The notes below the pieces were generated by a model. That model had not been told where the DNA came from. It searched no databases and saw only the letters and a list, made by a program, of their open reading frames with translations. Below are positions 26,420 through 35,334 of a stretch of DNA of 35,334 bases, in pieces (positions within the stretch are counted from its first letter, which is position 1; every line of letters starts with the position of its first letter). This stretch comes from Clostridia bacterium. GTDB taxonomy: Bacteria; Bacillota; Clostridia; TANB77; CAG-465. Made by a program: the position numbers and the translations under genes. The stretch lies in assembly GCA_045536565.1 (NCBI GenBank), contig JAZSNU010000016.1:1-35334 (forward strand), given 5' to 3'.

Positions 26420-28738
26420 ATGATTTTTGAACAAGAGCAAACGAATACAATAAATGTTAAATATAGTAAATTAGATAATATAATAACTTTTTTTAAGAAT
26501 ATAATAAGTTATAAAGTGTTTATCTTTACACTTATATTGCTTATATCAATTAGAGTAGAAATTTTTGGATACTTAATAGTACCATATATAATGTTAGGAG
26601 TTGCAACGGTATTTAAGGTACCGCTTCTTTTACCTACGGTTATATCAATATTAACATTAAGTATAACCAAGACAGAATCAACCGTTTTAATGCACTATTT
26701 AATTACTAATTTAGTGTATTTAATAGTAGCAGTTGTAGTAAATATTCAAGAGGTTAGTAGGAAGGTTGCAATTGGTATTAAACTAGGAATATCTATGACC
26801 ATAGTTTCTATAATAATGTTTGTATTTAAGGGGTTTAACTTTGGATTTTTAATAGATAATATAGCATTGATATTTTTAGTACAAGCAATATATTATATTT
26901 ATGTATATGGATTTTATTTTTTATCAAACATAGATAGAACTATGATATATTCAGTTGAAGAAATAGTTTCTATGGCTACTATGGTAATGATATCCTTAAT
27001 TAAAATTGCGGAAATGTCAGATGTTGGTCTATATATATGGACAACTATATCAATGACTTTTGCAATATTAATTGGTTATACAGGTGGGTTAGCATCTGGA
27101 ATGTCTGTTGGAATTGTACTGGGATTTTTAGGTGCAATTATAACAGGAGAGTTTTGGTATCTTCCCATAATTGCGGTAACGGGTTTAATATCTAGTGCTT
27201 TAAATAGAGTAAATAAAGGTTTTGCCACTATTGGAGTAATTTTAGGAACAATAATAGTAAATTATATATATGAAAGAAATATTTCTGTAACTCCTTTTAT
27301 GATAGAAACAATAATAGCATCTTGTATAATATTTTTACTACCAAAAAAGGTAACAATAATATTTGAAGATATATTTAATAAAAATAGCACATTAAAAAGA
27401 GCATATGATAAAGAATTAGGTGCGGGAGTAGATATAAAGAATAAGTTGAGTGCTATGTCAGAAGTGTTTGATAATTTGTCAAGTATAGCATTAACATCTA
27501 ACAAAGAGTATTATGAGGAAACGCAAAAAGTAATAGAAAAATATCTTGTTGATTATAAAGAAGAAAAATGTTTAGGATGCAACAAAAGATATTATTGCTT
27601 AAAAGAAAATTTAAATTTAGTATCATCATATATAGCAAGAAAGTTAGAAGATAATGATGAAATAAAAGAGAATATGCTTCCAGTTGATTGCGATGAAGCA
27701 ACAATTATGATTAAAGAAATAAAAGACATATACAACAACATGAAACTTATGAGAATAATAAAACAAAAGGAAGAAGAAAGTAATATAAAACTCGCAATGG
27801 AGTATAAAGAAATAGCAAAATTAATTAAAAATATGTCAAGGGAAGTCACTAAGGTTGATAAAGATATTCCTTATTCACAAAAATGCATTAGACAAGAGTT
27901 GAAACTTTTAGGTTATCAAATATATGAAGATAATTTTGTAAACGACAATAACAATATTGTATATGAGTTTATTACTGATATTTTAAATGATATAGATACA
28001 GCAAAAAATGAAATACAAATGGTAGTTGGAGAAGTCTTAGGACAAAAGATGAACATTAAACTTATATTAAATAGTAGTAAAAATGAAAAATCTAGGATTA
28101 AACTTGTATCCGAAGGCAAGTATTCTATTAATAGTGAAATATATCAAAAATCCAAAAAAGAAGATGATATATGCGGAGATACATATTATGTTGCGGATAT
28201 AAAAAATGGTAAGTTGGTAGCAATAAGTGATGGAATGGGTGCCAGCAAAGAAGCAAGTGAGGCAAGTAACATAGTAATCTCTACTCTCGAAAAAATGTTA
28301 ATAAGTGGTTTTAATAATAACACTATAAGTAAAATAATAAATAATGTACTTAAACTAAAAACTGATTCCAATGTTAGTGCAACACTTGATATGACTATTG
28401 TAGATACAGTAAAAGAACAAATACAAATTATAAAATTAGGAGCAGCACCAACATATATTGTATCTACATCAGGAGTTGAGGTAATAGAGCAAGATAATCT
28501 TCCGCTAGGTCTTACAGAAAATGTAAAACCAAAAGAGTATACAATAGATTTCAACAGTCCTAGAATAATAATAAACATTTCTGATGGTGCATATAGTGAA
28601 GATTTAAAAGAATATCTTGATTATATTTCAAAGAAGAATTTTGATCTAATCAAAGAACAAGAAATTATAGATGGAATATTAGAAAGAATAAAAGAAAAAA
28701 ATGATGATATTACAATTATAGTTACAAAAGTGGAATAA
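26420..28738 (+). CDS. spoIIE: Stage II sporulation protein E (PP2C phosphatase)
   Basis: Multi-TM N-terminus, CxxC...C central domain, PP2C motifs CGD, ISDGMG, ATLD, KLGAAP, ISDG and DDITII. Confidence 0.88.
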   Translation: MIFEQEQTNTINVKYSKLDNIITFFKNIISYKVFIFTLILLISIRVEIFGYLIVPYIMLGVATVFKVPLLLPTVISILTLSITKTESTVLMHYLITNLVYLIVAVVVNIQEVSRKVAIGIKLGISMTIVSIIMFVFKGFNFGFLIDNIALIFLVQAIYYIYVYGFYFLSNIDRTMIYSVEEIVSMATMVMISLIKIAEMSDVGLYIWTTISMTFAILIGYTGGLASGMSVGIVLGFLGAIITGEFWYLPIIAVTGLISSALNRVNKGFATIGVILGTIIVNYIYERNISVTPFMIETIIASCIIFLLPKKVTIIFEDIFNKNSTLKRAYDKELGAGVDIKNKLSAMSEVFDNLSSIALTSNKEYYEETQKVIEKYLVDYKEEKCLGCNKRYYCLKENLNLVSSYIARKLEDNDEIKENMLPVDCDEATIMIKEIKDIYNNMKLMRIIKQKEEESNIKLAMEYKEIAKLIKNMSREVTKVDKDIPYSQKCIRQELKLLGYQIYEDNFVNDNNNIVYEFITDILNDIDTAKNEIQMVVGEVLGQKMNIKLILNSSKNEKSRIKLVSEGKYSINSEIYQKSKKEDDICGDTYYVADIKNGKLVAISDGMGASKEASEASNIVISTLEKMLISGFNNNTISKIINNVLKLKTDSNVSATLDMTIVDTVKEQIQIIKLGAAPTYIVSTSGVEVIEQDNLPLGLTENVKPKEYTIDFNSPRIIINISDGAYSEDLKEYLDYISKKNFDLIKEQEIIDGILERIKEKNDDITIIVTKVE

Positions 28739-28740
28739 TA

Positions 28741-28782
28741 AAATAGTAGACTAATCAAAATATTAGGATTAGTCTACTATTT
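28741..28782 (+). terminator. spoIIE terminator
   Basis: AAATAGTAGACTAATC / GATTAGTCTACTATTT perfect 16-bp stem. Confidence 0.7.
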
Positions 28783-28818
28783 ATATAAAAAAACTTGGAT
28801 AAATCCAAGTTGTTAAAC

Positions 28819-28895
<77 letters not shown>

Positions 28896-29074
28896 ATCAA
28901 GTACTCATATATGATAACATAATATTATACTGTTTGTCAACATTTTTTGAAAAAAATATGTAAATGATAAGAAAATTGATATAATAATATATATGAATAT
29001 TAATACTTGATAAGAAAAAATATATATGTTAAACTATAATTGATAAACTGAATTTAACAAATATAGGAGGAAAT

Positions 29075-30499
29075 ATGGAAAACGCGCAAAAAGCAATAAT
29101 GATAGGAGTAGGCTTGTTTATTATGATTATAATATTATCAGGCATAATATTGCTGGCAAACACAGGAGCGGATTTTGCAGGTAGTGCAAGTGATAAAATG
29201 GATTCCATTTCAGCTAGTTTGGAAACTCAAATAATAGAACAATATGATAAAAAAATCATGTCTGGTGCTCAGGTAAGAAATGCATTTATGGAATATGCAA
29301 GTGACTCAAAATTAAGTTTAATACTTGTTTCAAAAGTAGGTGGAGCAGCAGAAAATACTGATAATATAATAACATACGAAGGGTTAGAAGCAGACGGAAC
29401 AATTAAAAAAGTATATAATAAGCAGATTGTATTGGGAACTGGTTCAAGAGCAATAATATCAATAACAGGAAAAGTTGGAGAAGATATCAAAGTGACTAAT
29501 ATATCATCTTCAAAGGAAAAGGAAAATATATTAGATTTTGGTAGTCAAAATTCAGAAGGGAAGAGGGCATATAGAAAATCTTCACTATCTGAATGGACAG
29601 ATAAATTAAAAGAAGAATTGTATATTGATACAAAAGAAAGTTATATGTCATCGGTAATTAGGGATAGTGATGATGTTGCAGTAGGAATAGTATTTGAAAA
29701 AATTGAAGATGCTGATGTTCTAATATCAATAGAGACTAAACCATATACACTATATGGAACTGTTCCAATACCTAATGGCTTTTATAGAGTTGAGGGTGAA
29801 ATAAATGATGACCTTGTTATACAAGATAGTAGTGGAAATCAATTCGTATGGGTGCCGGTAAATAATATAAGTGATTTTAAGCAAATATCATATATAGAGC
29901 ATGATGATGATACTTTGGATACTGCATATCCAGGTGCTACAATTTTAAGATATAAAGATCCAGTAAACAGTGCATTAAAGACGAGTGTAGAGACATATAA
30001 AGGATTTTATATAGCAAGATATGAAGCAGGAAATGAAAGTGGAAATGTTGTATCTAAAAAAGATGTAAAGCCATATAATAATGTTACATATAATCAAGCA
30101 TTATATCTTGCAAACTCAATGTATAGTGGAAATGAATATGTAAATAGCCATTTAATTTATGGGATAGAATGGGATGCTGCCTTAAAATTCATAGGTGGAA
30201 ATTATGGCGATGAAACAACAGGTGTATATAAAGGTCACTATACAAATTTAGCAATTCTAAAGGCAGGTCCTGAATTAACAGGCCAATATAGATTTAAAAA
30301 TATATATGATATGGCTGGAAACATTGAAGAAATTACACAAGAACAATATTTGCCAAACTCTAATCAAGTGGTTATTAGAGGAGGAAGTTATGTGGATAAA
30401 TATGATTGGGGCTATATTCCAGCAGGACATAGACATCCATATGATAAAGGAGGAGCATATTTAGATTATGGATTTAGAGTAGCGTTATATATAAAATAA
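29075..30499 (+). CDS. Pilin-like N-terminal anchor + C-terminal FGE-sulfatase/C-type-lectin-fold protein
   Basis: MENAQKAIMIG + hydrophobic helix; GN.FVWVPV, GFYIARYE, NIYDMAGN..E, RGGSY and GFRVALY motifs. Confidence 0.8.
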   Translation: MENAQKAIMIGVGLFIMIIILSGIILLANTGADFAGSASDKMDSISASLETQIIEQYDKKIMSGAQVRNAFMEYASDSKLSLILVSKVGGAAENTDNIITYEGLEADGTIKKVYNKQIVLGTGSRAIISITGKVGEDIKVTNISSSKEKENILDFGSQNSEGKRAYRKSSLSEWTDKLKEELYIDTKESYMSSVIRDSDDVAVGIVFEKIEDADVLISIETKPYTLYGTVPIPNGFYRVEGEINDDLVIQDSSGNQFVWVPVNNISDFKQISYIEHDDDTLDTAYPGATILRYKDPVNSALKTSVETYKGFYIARYEAGNESGNVVSKKDVKPYNNVTYNQALYLANSMYSGNEYVNSHLIYGIEWDAALKFIGGNYGDETTGVYKGHYTNLAILKAGPELTGQYRFKNIYDMAGNIEEITQEQYLPNSNQVVIRGGSYVDKYDWGYIPAGHRHPYDKGGAYLDYGFRVALYIK

Positions 30500-30520
30500 A
30501 AAACAAAAAAAACGATGTGC

Positions 30521-31117
30521 TTAAAGCACACCGTTTCTTTTTAAGTTTTCAACTGCAATTAATGTTTCCTCAGATGGAATATAAATGTTTATACTGTATT
30601 TATATGGCTCATTATCAATTTTACCCTCGGAAGAAATATTAATTCCTCTTTTCTTAGATACCCATATAAGTTTATGGTCTAAGTGGAACGAGCCGGGAAT
30701 AAATTCAGTTAAATCTGAATTGTTTTTCCATTTGTTTGCTTCAACTGGTTCATCATAATCGCGTTTAAAATATTCATCATATCTAGCTGGTACAGCAGGA
30801 TACTTAAAATATGATTCGCCAGTTTCGGTATCTAATGTTGACTGTTTATTTATAATTATAGATAAGACAGTATTTTCATAAATGGTTTCGGAATTTCTGT
30901 ATCTCTTTTCATTTATGAAAGCGCGTGATACTTCATCGGGATTGTGAAAAATATTTACCTCAAATGTCTTTTCCCAGTCAACTGGGAGTACTTCCATAAG
31001 CTGATCAAATCTTCCTTTTGAACGAATCGTTGTTAAAAGATTAATTTCAGCCTGTGACAGTTTCTTTGGCATTTCTGTTAATTCTTTCTGCTTGTTTGTG
31101 AATGTTGAAAATAGCAT
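30521..31117 (-). CDS. Hypothetical protein (198 aa)
   Basis: AAAGGAGG RBS on the minus strand; no motif recognised. Confidence 0.7.
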   Translation of the reverse strand: MLFSTFTNKQKELTEMPKKLSQAEINLLTTIRSKGRFDQLMEVLPVDWEKTFEVNIFHNPDEVSRAFINEKRYRNSETIYENTVLSIIINKQSTLDTETGESYFKYPAVPARYDEYFKRDYDEPVEANKWKNNSDLTEFIPGSFHLDHKLIWVSKKRGINISSEGKIDNEPYKYSINIYIPSEETLIAVENLKRNGVL

Positions 31118-31330
31118 TAATATATCCTCCTTTAAAAATAATTATACTTTTAAATGCTAAAATGAATAGCCTATATATAATATCATAGCTTTACATAAAA
31201 GTAAATAGGTATAAAATATTTTTATTCAAATCAAAATAAATTTTGTTTTTAAATAAATATTAATTGAAATGTTCGTTCTTGTATTATTAATATAAATGGT
31301 ATAATATATATGTAGAAAAGGAGCAAGAGT

Positions 31331-32194
31331 ATGATTGATGTAATAGTTATTGGAAAAGGTCCAGCAGGAATATCTGCTGCAATATATACTGCAAGAGGAA
31401 ATTTAAATACATTAGTAATAGGTAAAGATGGTGGAGCATTAGAAAAGGCGGATAAAATAGAAAATTATTATGGATTTGAAAGTGCAATAAGTGGAAAAGA
31501 TTTATTGCATTCTGGAATAAATCAAGCAAAAAAATTAGGTGTAGACGTTAAGGATGAAGAAGTTTTGTCAATAGAATATGAACAAGAGCTGTTTAAAGTT
31601 GTTACAAACAAATCAGAATATTTAACCAGGTCTGTTGTAATTGCAACAGGGGTTAATAGACCTAAACTTAAAATAGAAGGACTAGATCAATTTGAAGGAA
31701 AGGGTATTAGCTATTGTGCAATTTGTGATGCATTTTTCTTTAAAGGAAAAGATGTTGCAGTTTTAGGAAATGGAGATTATGCGATTCATGAAGTAAATGA
31801 GTTACTACCTATTGTAAATAGTGTAAGTGTATTAACTAACGGAAAAGAAAAAATACAGCTAAGAGATGAAAGGGTAAAAGTATATGATAAACGCATAAAG
31901 AGATTAAGAGGAGAAAATGTTGTTGAAGATGTAGAGTTTGAAGATCAAACAAATCTTAAAGTATCTGCTGTATTTATAGCGGATGGAGCAGCTTCTAGTG
32001 TGGATTTTGCAAGAAGAATTGGAGCAAATGTTGAGGATAACAAAATAGTTGTTGATAATAACTTTATGACGAATGTACCAGGCCTTTTTGCAGCGGGAGA
32101 TTGTATAGGAGGACTTTTACAAGTATCAAAGGCGGTATCAGATGGCGCTCAGGCGGGAATATCAGCTATAAATTATATAAGGAGTAAGAAATAG
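31331..32194 (+). CDS. trxB: Thioredoxin reductase-like FAD/NAD(P) oxidoreductase
   Basis: GKGPAG, IATG, GISYCAICD, TNVPGLFAAGD and AVSDG motifs. Confidence 0.85.
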   Translation: MIDVIVIGKGPAGISAAIYTARGNLNTLVIGKDGGALEKADKIENYYGFESAISGKDLLHSGINQAKKLGVDVKDEEVLSIEYEQELFKVVTNKSEYLTRSVVIATGVNRPKLKIEGLDQFEGKGISYCAICDAFFFKGKDVAVLGNGDYAIHEVNELLPIVNSVSVLTNGKEKIQLRDERVKVYDKRIKRLRGENVVEDVEFEDQTNLKVSAVFIADGAASSVDFARRIGANVEDNKIVVDNNFMTNVPGLFAAGDCIGGLLQVSKAVSDGAQAGISAINYIRSKK

Positions 32195-32195
32195 T

Positions 32196-32870
32196 ATGGA
32201 TTATATAATGACATTCTTAGAAGGAATAATTACTTTTATATCACCATGTGTTCTGCCTATGATTCCAATATATATATCATATTTTATGGGGCAAAATAAC
32301 GAAGATGAAAAAACAAATAAAAATGCTATAATCAACTCAATAGGATTTGTATTAGGTTTTACTTGTGTTTTTGTAATTTTAGGTATAATTTCTGCGAGTT
32401 TTGGGAATATAATAAGAGAGTATATTAAATATATAAATATAGTTCTAGGACTAGCCGTGATAATAGTTGGATTGAATTTTCTTGGAACAATATCAATTCC
32501 TTTTCTTAATAATTCAAAAGGAATTAATATAAAGATTAAAAAATTCAATTTTTTAACATCATATGTATTTGGTATGATATTTGGAGTGTCGTGGTCACCT
32601 TGTGTTGGCGCATTTTTAGGAACAGCACTTAGTTTGGTTGTATTAAAAGGTAATATTTTAAAAGGAATGTTGCTTATGGCGATATACTGTGTAGGATTGG
32701 GAGTTCCATTTGTGATATCCACTTTGTTATTAGATAAATTAAAAACTACATTTGGATATATTAAGTCCCATTATAATATAATAAATAAAATATGTGGAAT
32801 ATTTTTATGTGTAATAGGAATATTAATGGTAACAGGGTTACTAAATAAATATTTTGAATTAGTAGGATAG
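32196..32870 (+). CDS. ccdA: CcdA/DsbD-type membrane thiol-disulfide transporter
   Basis: FISPCVLP and WSPCVG motifs, multiple TM segments. Confidence 0.9.
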   Translation: MDYIMTFLEGIITFISPCVLPMIPIYISYFMGQNNEDEKTNKNAIINSIGFVLGFTCVFVILGIISASFGNIIREYIKYINIVLGLAVIIVGLNFLGTISIPFLNNSKGINIKIKKFNFLTSYVFGMIFGVSWSPCVGAFLGTALSLVVLKGNILKGMLLMAIYCVGLGVPFVISTLLLDKLKTTFGYIKSHYNIINKICGIFLCVIGILMVTGLLNKYFELVG

Positions 32871-32878
32871 TGATACTT

Positions 32879-33424
32879 ATGAAAGAAAAAATAAAATTTA
32901 CAATATATATTACAATATTTACTGTTTTTATGATTGGTGCAATGATAGGATATAAAGCACTACTTAGTAATCAAAAAAACTTCGATAAAAATAATAGTAA
33001 AAACAAGCAAAAAGAGAAATTGCCAGGATTTGAAATATATGTAAATGAAAGTGAAAAAATAAATATAAAGTCATTAATAGGAAAGCCTATGATAATAAAT
33101 ATGTGGACATCATGGTGTGGATATTGTGCATACGAAATGGAATATTTTAATGAACAATATTTAGAGGAAAAAGATAATATAAATTTTATTATGATAAATG
33201 TAACAGGAGATAGAGATACAATAGAAAATGCAAATAAATATATAAATAATTATGGATATTCATTTAAGCCATATTATGATTTAGAATTAGATGCGTTAAA
33301 AACGCTTGGCGTATACAGTTATCCTACTACTATATTTGTAGATGAGGATGGATATATAGATAGTGTTAAGATTGGAATGGTTACAAAAGAAGAATTAAAA
33401 AATAAAATTAAAGAGTTAAAATAA
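32879..33424 (+). CDS. Membrane-anchored TlpA/ResA-like thioredoxin
   Basis: N-terminal TM, WTSWCGYC and YPTTIFVD motifs. Confidence 0.88.
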   Translation: MKEKIKFTIYITIFTVFMIGAMIGYKALLSNQKNFDKNNSKNKQKEKLPGFEIYVNESEKINIKSLIGKPMIINMWTSWCGYCAYEMEYFNEQYLEEKDNINFIMINVTGDRDTIENANKYINNYGYSFKPYYDLELDALKTLGVYSYPTTIFVDEDGYIDSVKIGMVTKEELKNKIKELK

Positions 33425-33439
33425 AAGGGGAGTGTTATA

Positions 33440-33748
33440 ATGATAGAAGTTACAAAAAATGATTTTGAAATGGAAGTGTTAAATTCAGATAAAAAGGTAT
33501 TAGTAGATTTTTGGGCTCCATGGTGTAATCCTTGTAAAATGATGTTACCAGTTCTTGAACAGTTAAGTAAAGAGGTTGGGGATGAAATAAAGATAGCAAA
33601 AATTAATATTGATAATGACCCAGAACTAGCATCAAATTTTGGTGTAATGAGTATACCTACATTTATGGTATTTGAAAAAGGACAAATGATTAAATCTACT
33701 GTTGGAATGCAAAGCTTGGATAAATTAAAAGAAATGCTAGGAGTATAG
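33440..33748 (+). CDS. trxA: Thioredoxin
   Basis: VLVDFWAPWCNPCK, SIPT. Confidence 0.93.
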   Translation: MIEVTKNDFEMEVLNSDKKVLVDFWAPWCNPCKMMLPVLEQLSKEVGDEIKIAKINIDNDPELASNFGVMSIPTFMVFEKGQMIKSTVGMQSLDKLKEMLGV

Positions 33749-33760
33749 AGAAGTATATAG

Positions 33761-33800
33761 TAAAAAATATTACCCATCTAAATGATAGGTAATATTTTTT
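33761..33800. terminator. Bidirectional terminator between trxA and the SPFH gene
   Basis: AAAAAATATTACC...GGTAATATTTTTT inverted repeat between convergent genes. Confidence 0.7.
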
Positions 33801-33814
33801 GTATATCATGTTTA

Positions 33815-34744
33815 TTATTTTTCGCTTACAATTTCTTTTGCAGCGCCAAGAGCACCTAATGCTTTTGTTGCATCAAATGGAATAAATACTTTGTTTGCAG
33901 GACCTTCTGCAACTTTTTCTAGCGATTCAAGAGTCTTAATAGCAACTAAATTATCACTAGGATTAGCATCCATTATAGCACCGTAAACAGCAGTTATTTC
34001 TTGTGCTTTTGCTTCTGCAATTTTCTTGATAGCTTCTGATGTACCTTCTGCTTCAAGAATTTTAGCTTCTCTAATACCTTGTGCTCTTCTTATACTAGAT
34101 TCTCTTTCAGCTTCTGCTTCTAATATAACAGCTTGTTTTTTACCTTCTGCATGAGTTATATCTGATTGTCTTTTACCTTCTGCTTCAAGAATTGCAGCTC
34201 TCTTTGTTCTTTCTGCATTCATTTGTTTTTCCATTGCGTCACGGATAACAGCAGGTGGCTTAATATCATTAATTTCAACTCTTTCTACTTTACAACCCCA
34301 TTTATCAGTTGCTAAATCCAATACATCACGAAGTTGTGCATTTATTGAATCTCTTGAACTAAATGTGTTATCCAAATCCATTTTACCTACAATATCACGA
34401 ATAGTTGTTATTGCAAGGTATGCGATACCTTTTTGCAAGTTCTCTATTTCGTATACTGCCTTTGCAGGATCAGTTATTTGATAGAAAACAACAGTATCAA
34501 TTGTTATAGTAACATTATCTTTTGTGATAACCCCTTGTGGTGGAACATCCATAGTTTGTTGTTTAAGACTAACAACAGCTCTAACTCTATCAACAAAAGG
34601 AAATATTAAATTAAGACCTGCTTGTGCTTCTTTATAGAATTTACCAAGTCTCTCAATAATATATACTTCTGATTGTCTAACAACTTTAATAGAGAATAAA
34701 GCGACAATTAAAGCAAATATAAATATAATAGCTAAAAATCCCAT
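33815..34744 (-). CDS. SPFH/band-7 (QmcA-like) protein
   Basis: IERLGK, ITKDNV, WG.KV.RVEI and AMEKQM.AER.KRA.ILEAEG motifs. Confidence 0.93.
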   Translation of the reverse strand: MGFLAIIFIFALIVALFSIKVVRQSEVYIIERLGKFYKEAQAGLNLIFPFVDRVRAVVSLKQQTMDVPPQGVITKDNVTITIDTVVFYQITDPAKAVYEIENLQKGIAYLAITTIRDIVGKMDLDNTFSSRDSINAQLRDVLDLATDKWGCKVERVEINDIKPPAVIRDAMEKQMNAERTKRAAILEAEGKRQSDITHAEGKKQAVILEAEAERESSIRRAQGIREAKILEAEGTSEAIKKIAEAKAQEITAVYGAIMDANPSDNLVAIKTLESLEKVAEGPANKVFIPFDATKALGALGAAKEIVSEK

Positions 34745-34768
34745 ATATAAAAACCTCCTTAAATTTTA

Positions 34769-35197
34769 TTAAACTTTTTTTACAATTAGTTTTACGCCTT
34801 CGATTTTAAGTACAATTACAGTTGCACCTTCTTCAATATCTTCATCGTTTGAAGATACAGCAGTCCAAATTTCACCTGCTACTTTTACTTGACCTCTTCC
34901 GTGTAAATTGTTTATTTCCTTTATAACAATTGCATTTTTACCAACAACAGATTGTGAGTTCATAGCTACATTGTTAGTTTTGAAAAACTTTGTAACTATT
35001 GGTCTAATAAATACAATTAATAGAATTGAAGATATTACAAAAACACTTATTTGTACTTCCATTGTGGCTTTAAATATAGCACATAAGAATGCTAGAAAAG
35101 CACCAACAGCAGGGAAGAATAGTAAAAAACTAACCGTAAAAATTTCCATTATAAACATAACGGCACTGGCTATTAACCATATTACCCAAGGTGACAT
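34769..35197 (-). CDS. NfeD/YbbJ-family membrane protein
   Basis: N-terminal TM helices, GQVKV.GEIWTA OB-fold motif, upstream of the SPFH gene. ATG 35197 after GAGGAGG. Confidence 0.9.
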   Translation of the reverse strand: MSPWVIWLIASAVMFIMEIFTVSFLLFFPAVGAFLAFLCAIFKATMEVQISVFVISSILLIVFIRPIVTKFFKTNNVAMNSQSVVGKNAIVIKEINNLHGRGQVKVAGEIWTAVSSNDEDIEEGATVIVLKIEGVKLIVKKV

Positions 35198-35334
35198 ATA
35201 AGTACCTCCTCTCATAGCATTATAATTAATGTATATAAATTATATAACAAAAACATAAAAAAAGAAAGTTTTTTTATACAAATAATTAAAATATAAATAT
35301 TCACAATTTTAAATATTTAATATATAATATATGT

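Overview
A 35.3-kb, very AT-rich chromosomal window from a spore-forming Clostridia-like bacterium. The evidence for that is the rny-ymdB-spoVS cluster, spoIIE, a probable SigK-driven coat gene and pilin-like fusion proteins. Core genes are rny, ymdB, spoVS, rpsO, topB, a P-type ATPase, smc, mrnC, spoIIE, tRNA-Arg(UCU), a trxB-ccdA-tlpA-trxA redox operon and an nfeD/SPFH pair, interspersed with ORFan cassettes. Two systems are not captured by the ORF track. (1) Between rpsO and topB (~6150-7120) lie two tandem paralogous structured ncRNA candidates of ~400-450 nt, each with its own sigma70/SigA promoter and terminator. They share a covarying multi-stem/pseudoknot scaffold but carry unrelated 'cargo' loops. 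The cargo of copy 1 contains exact sense-strand copies of 23S rRNA helix 13 (AGTAGCGGCGAGCGAA) and the 16S decoding-site strand (TGGGGTGAAGTCGTAAC); the cargo of copy 2 begins with the anti-Shine-Dalgarno core CACCTCC. (2) Downstream of topB (9176-9484) is a compact type I toxin-antitoxin-like locus. It pairs a 24-aa hydrophobic peptide with a convergent, non-overlapping ~70-nt sRNA that is complementary to the toxin mRNA through two duplicated sequence blocks. No transposase, integrase, CRISPR array or reverse transcriptase is visible. All family calls are from motif recognition only; no database searches were run.
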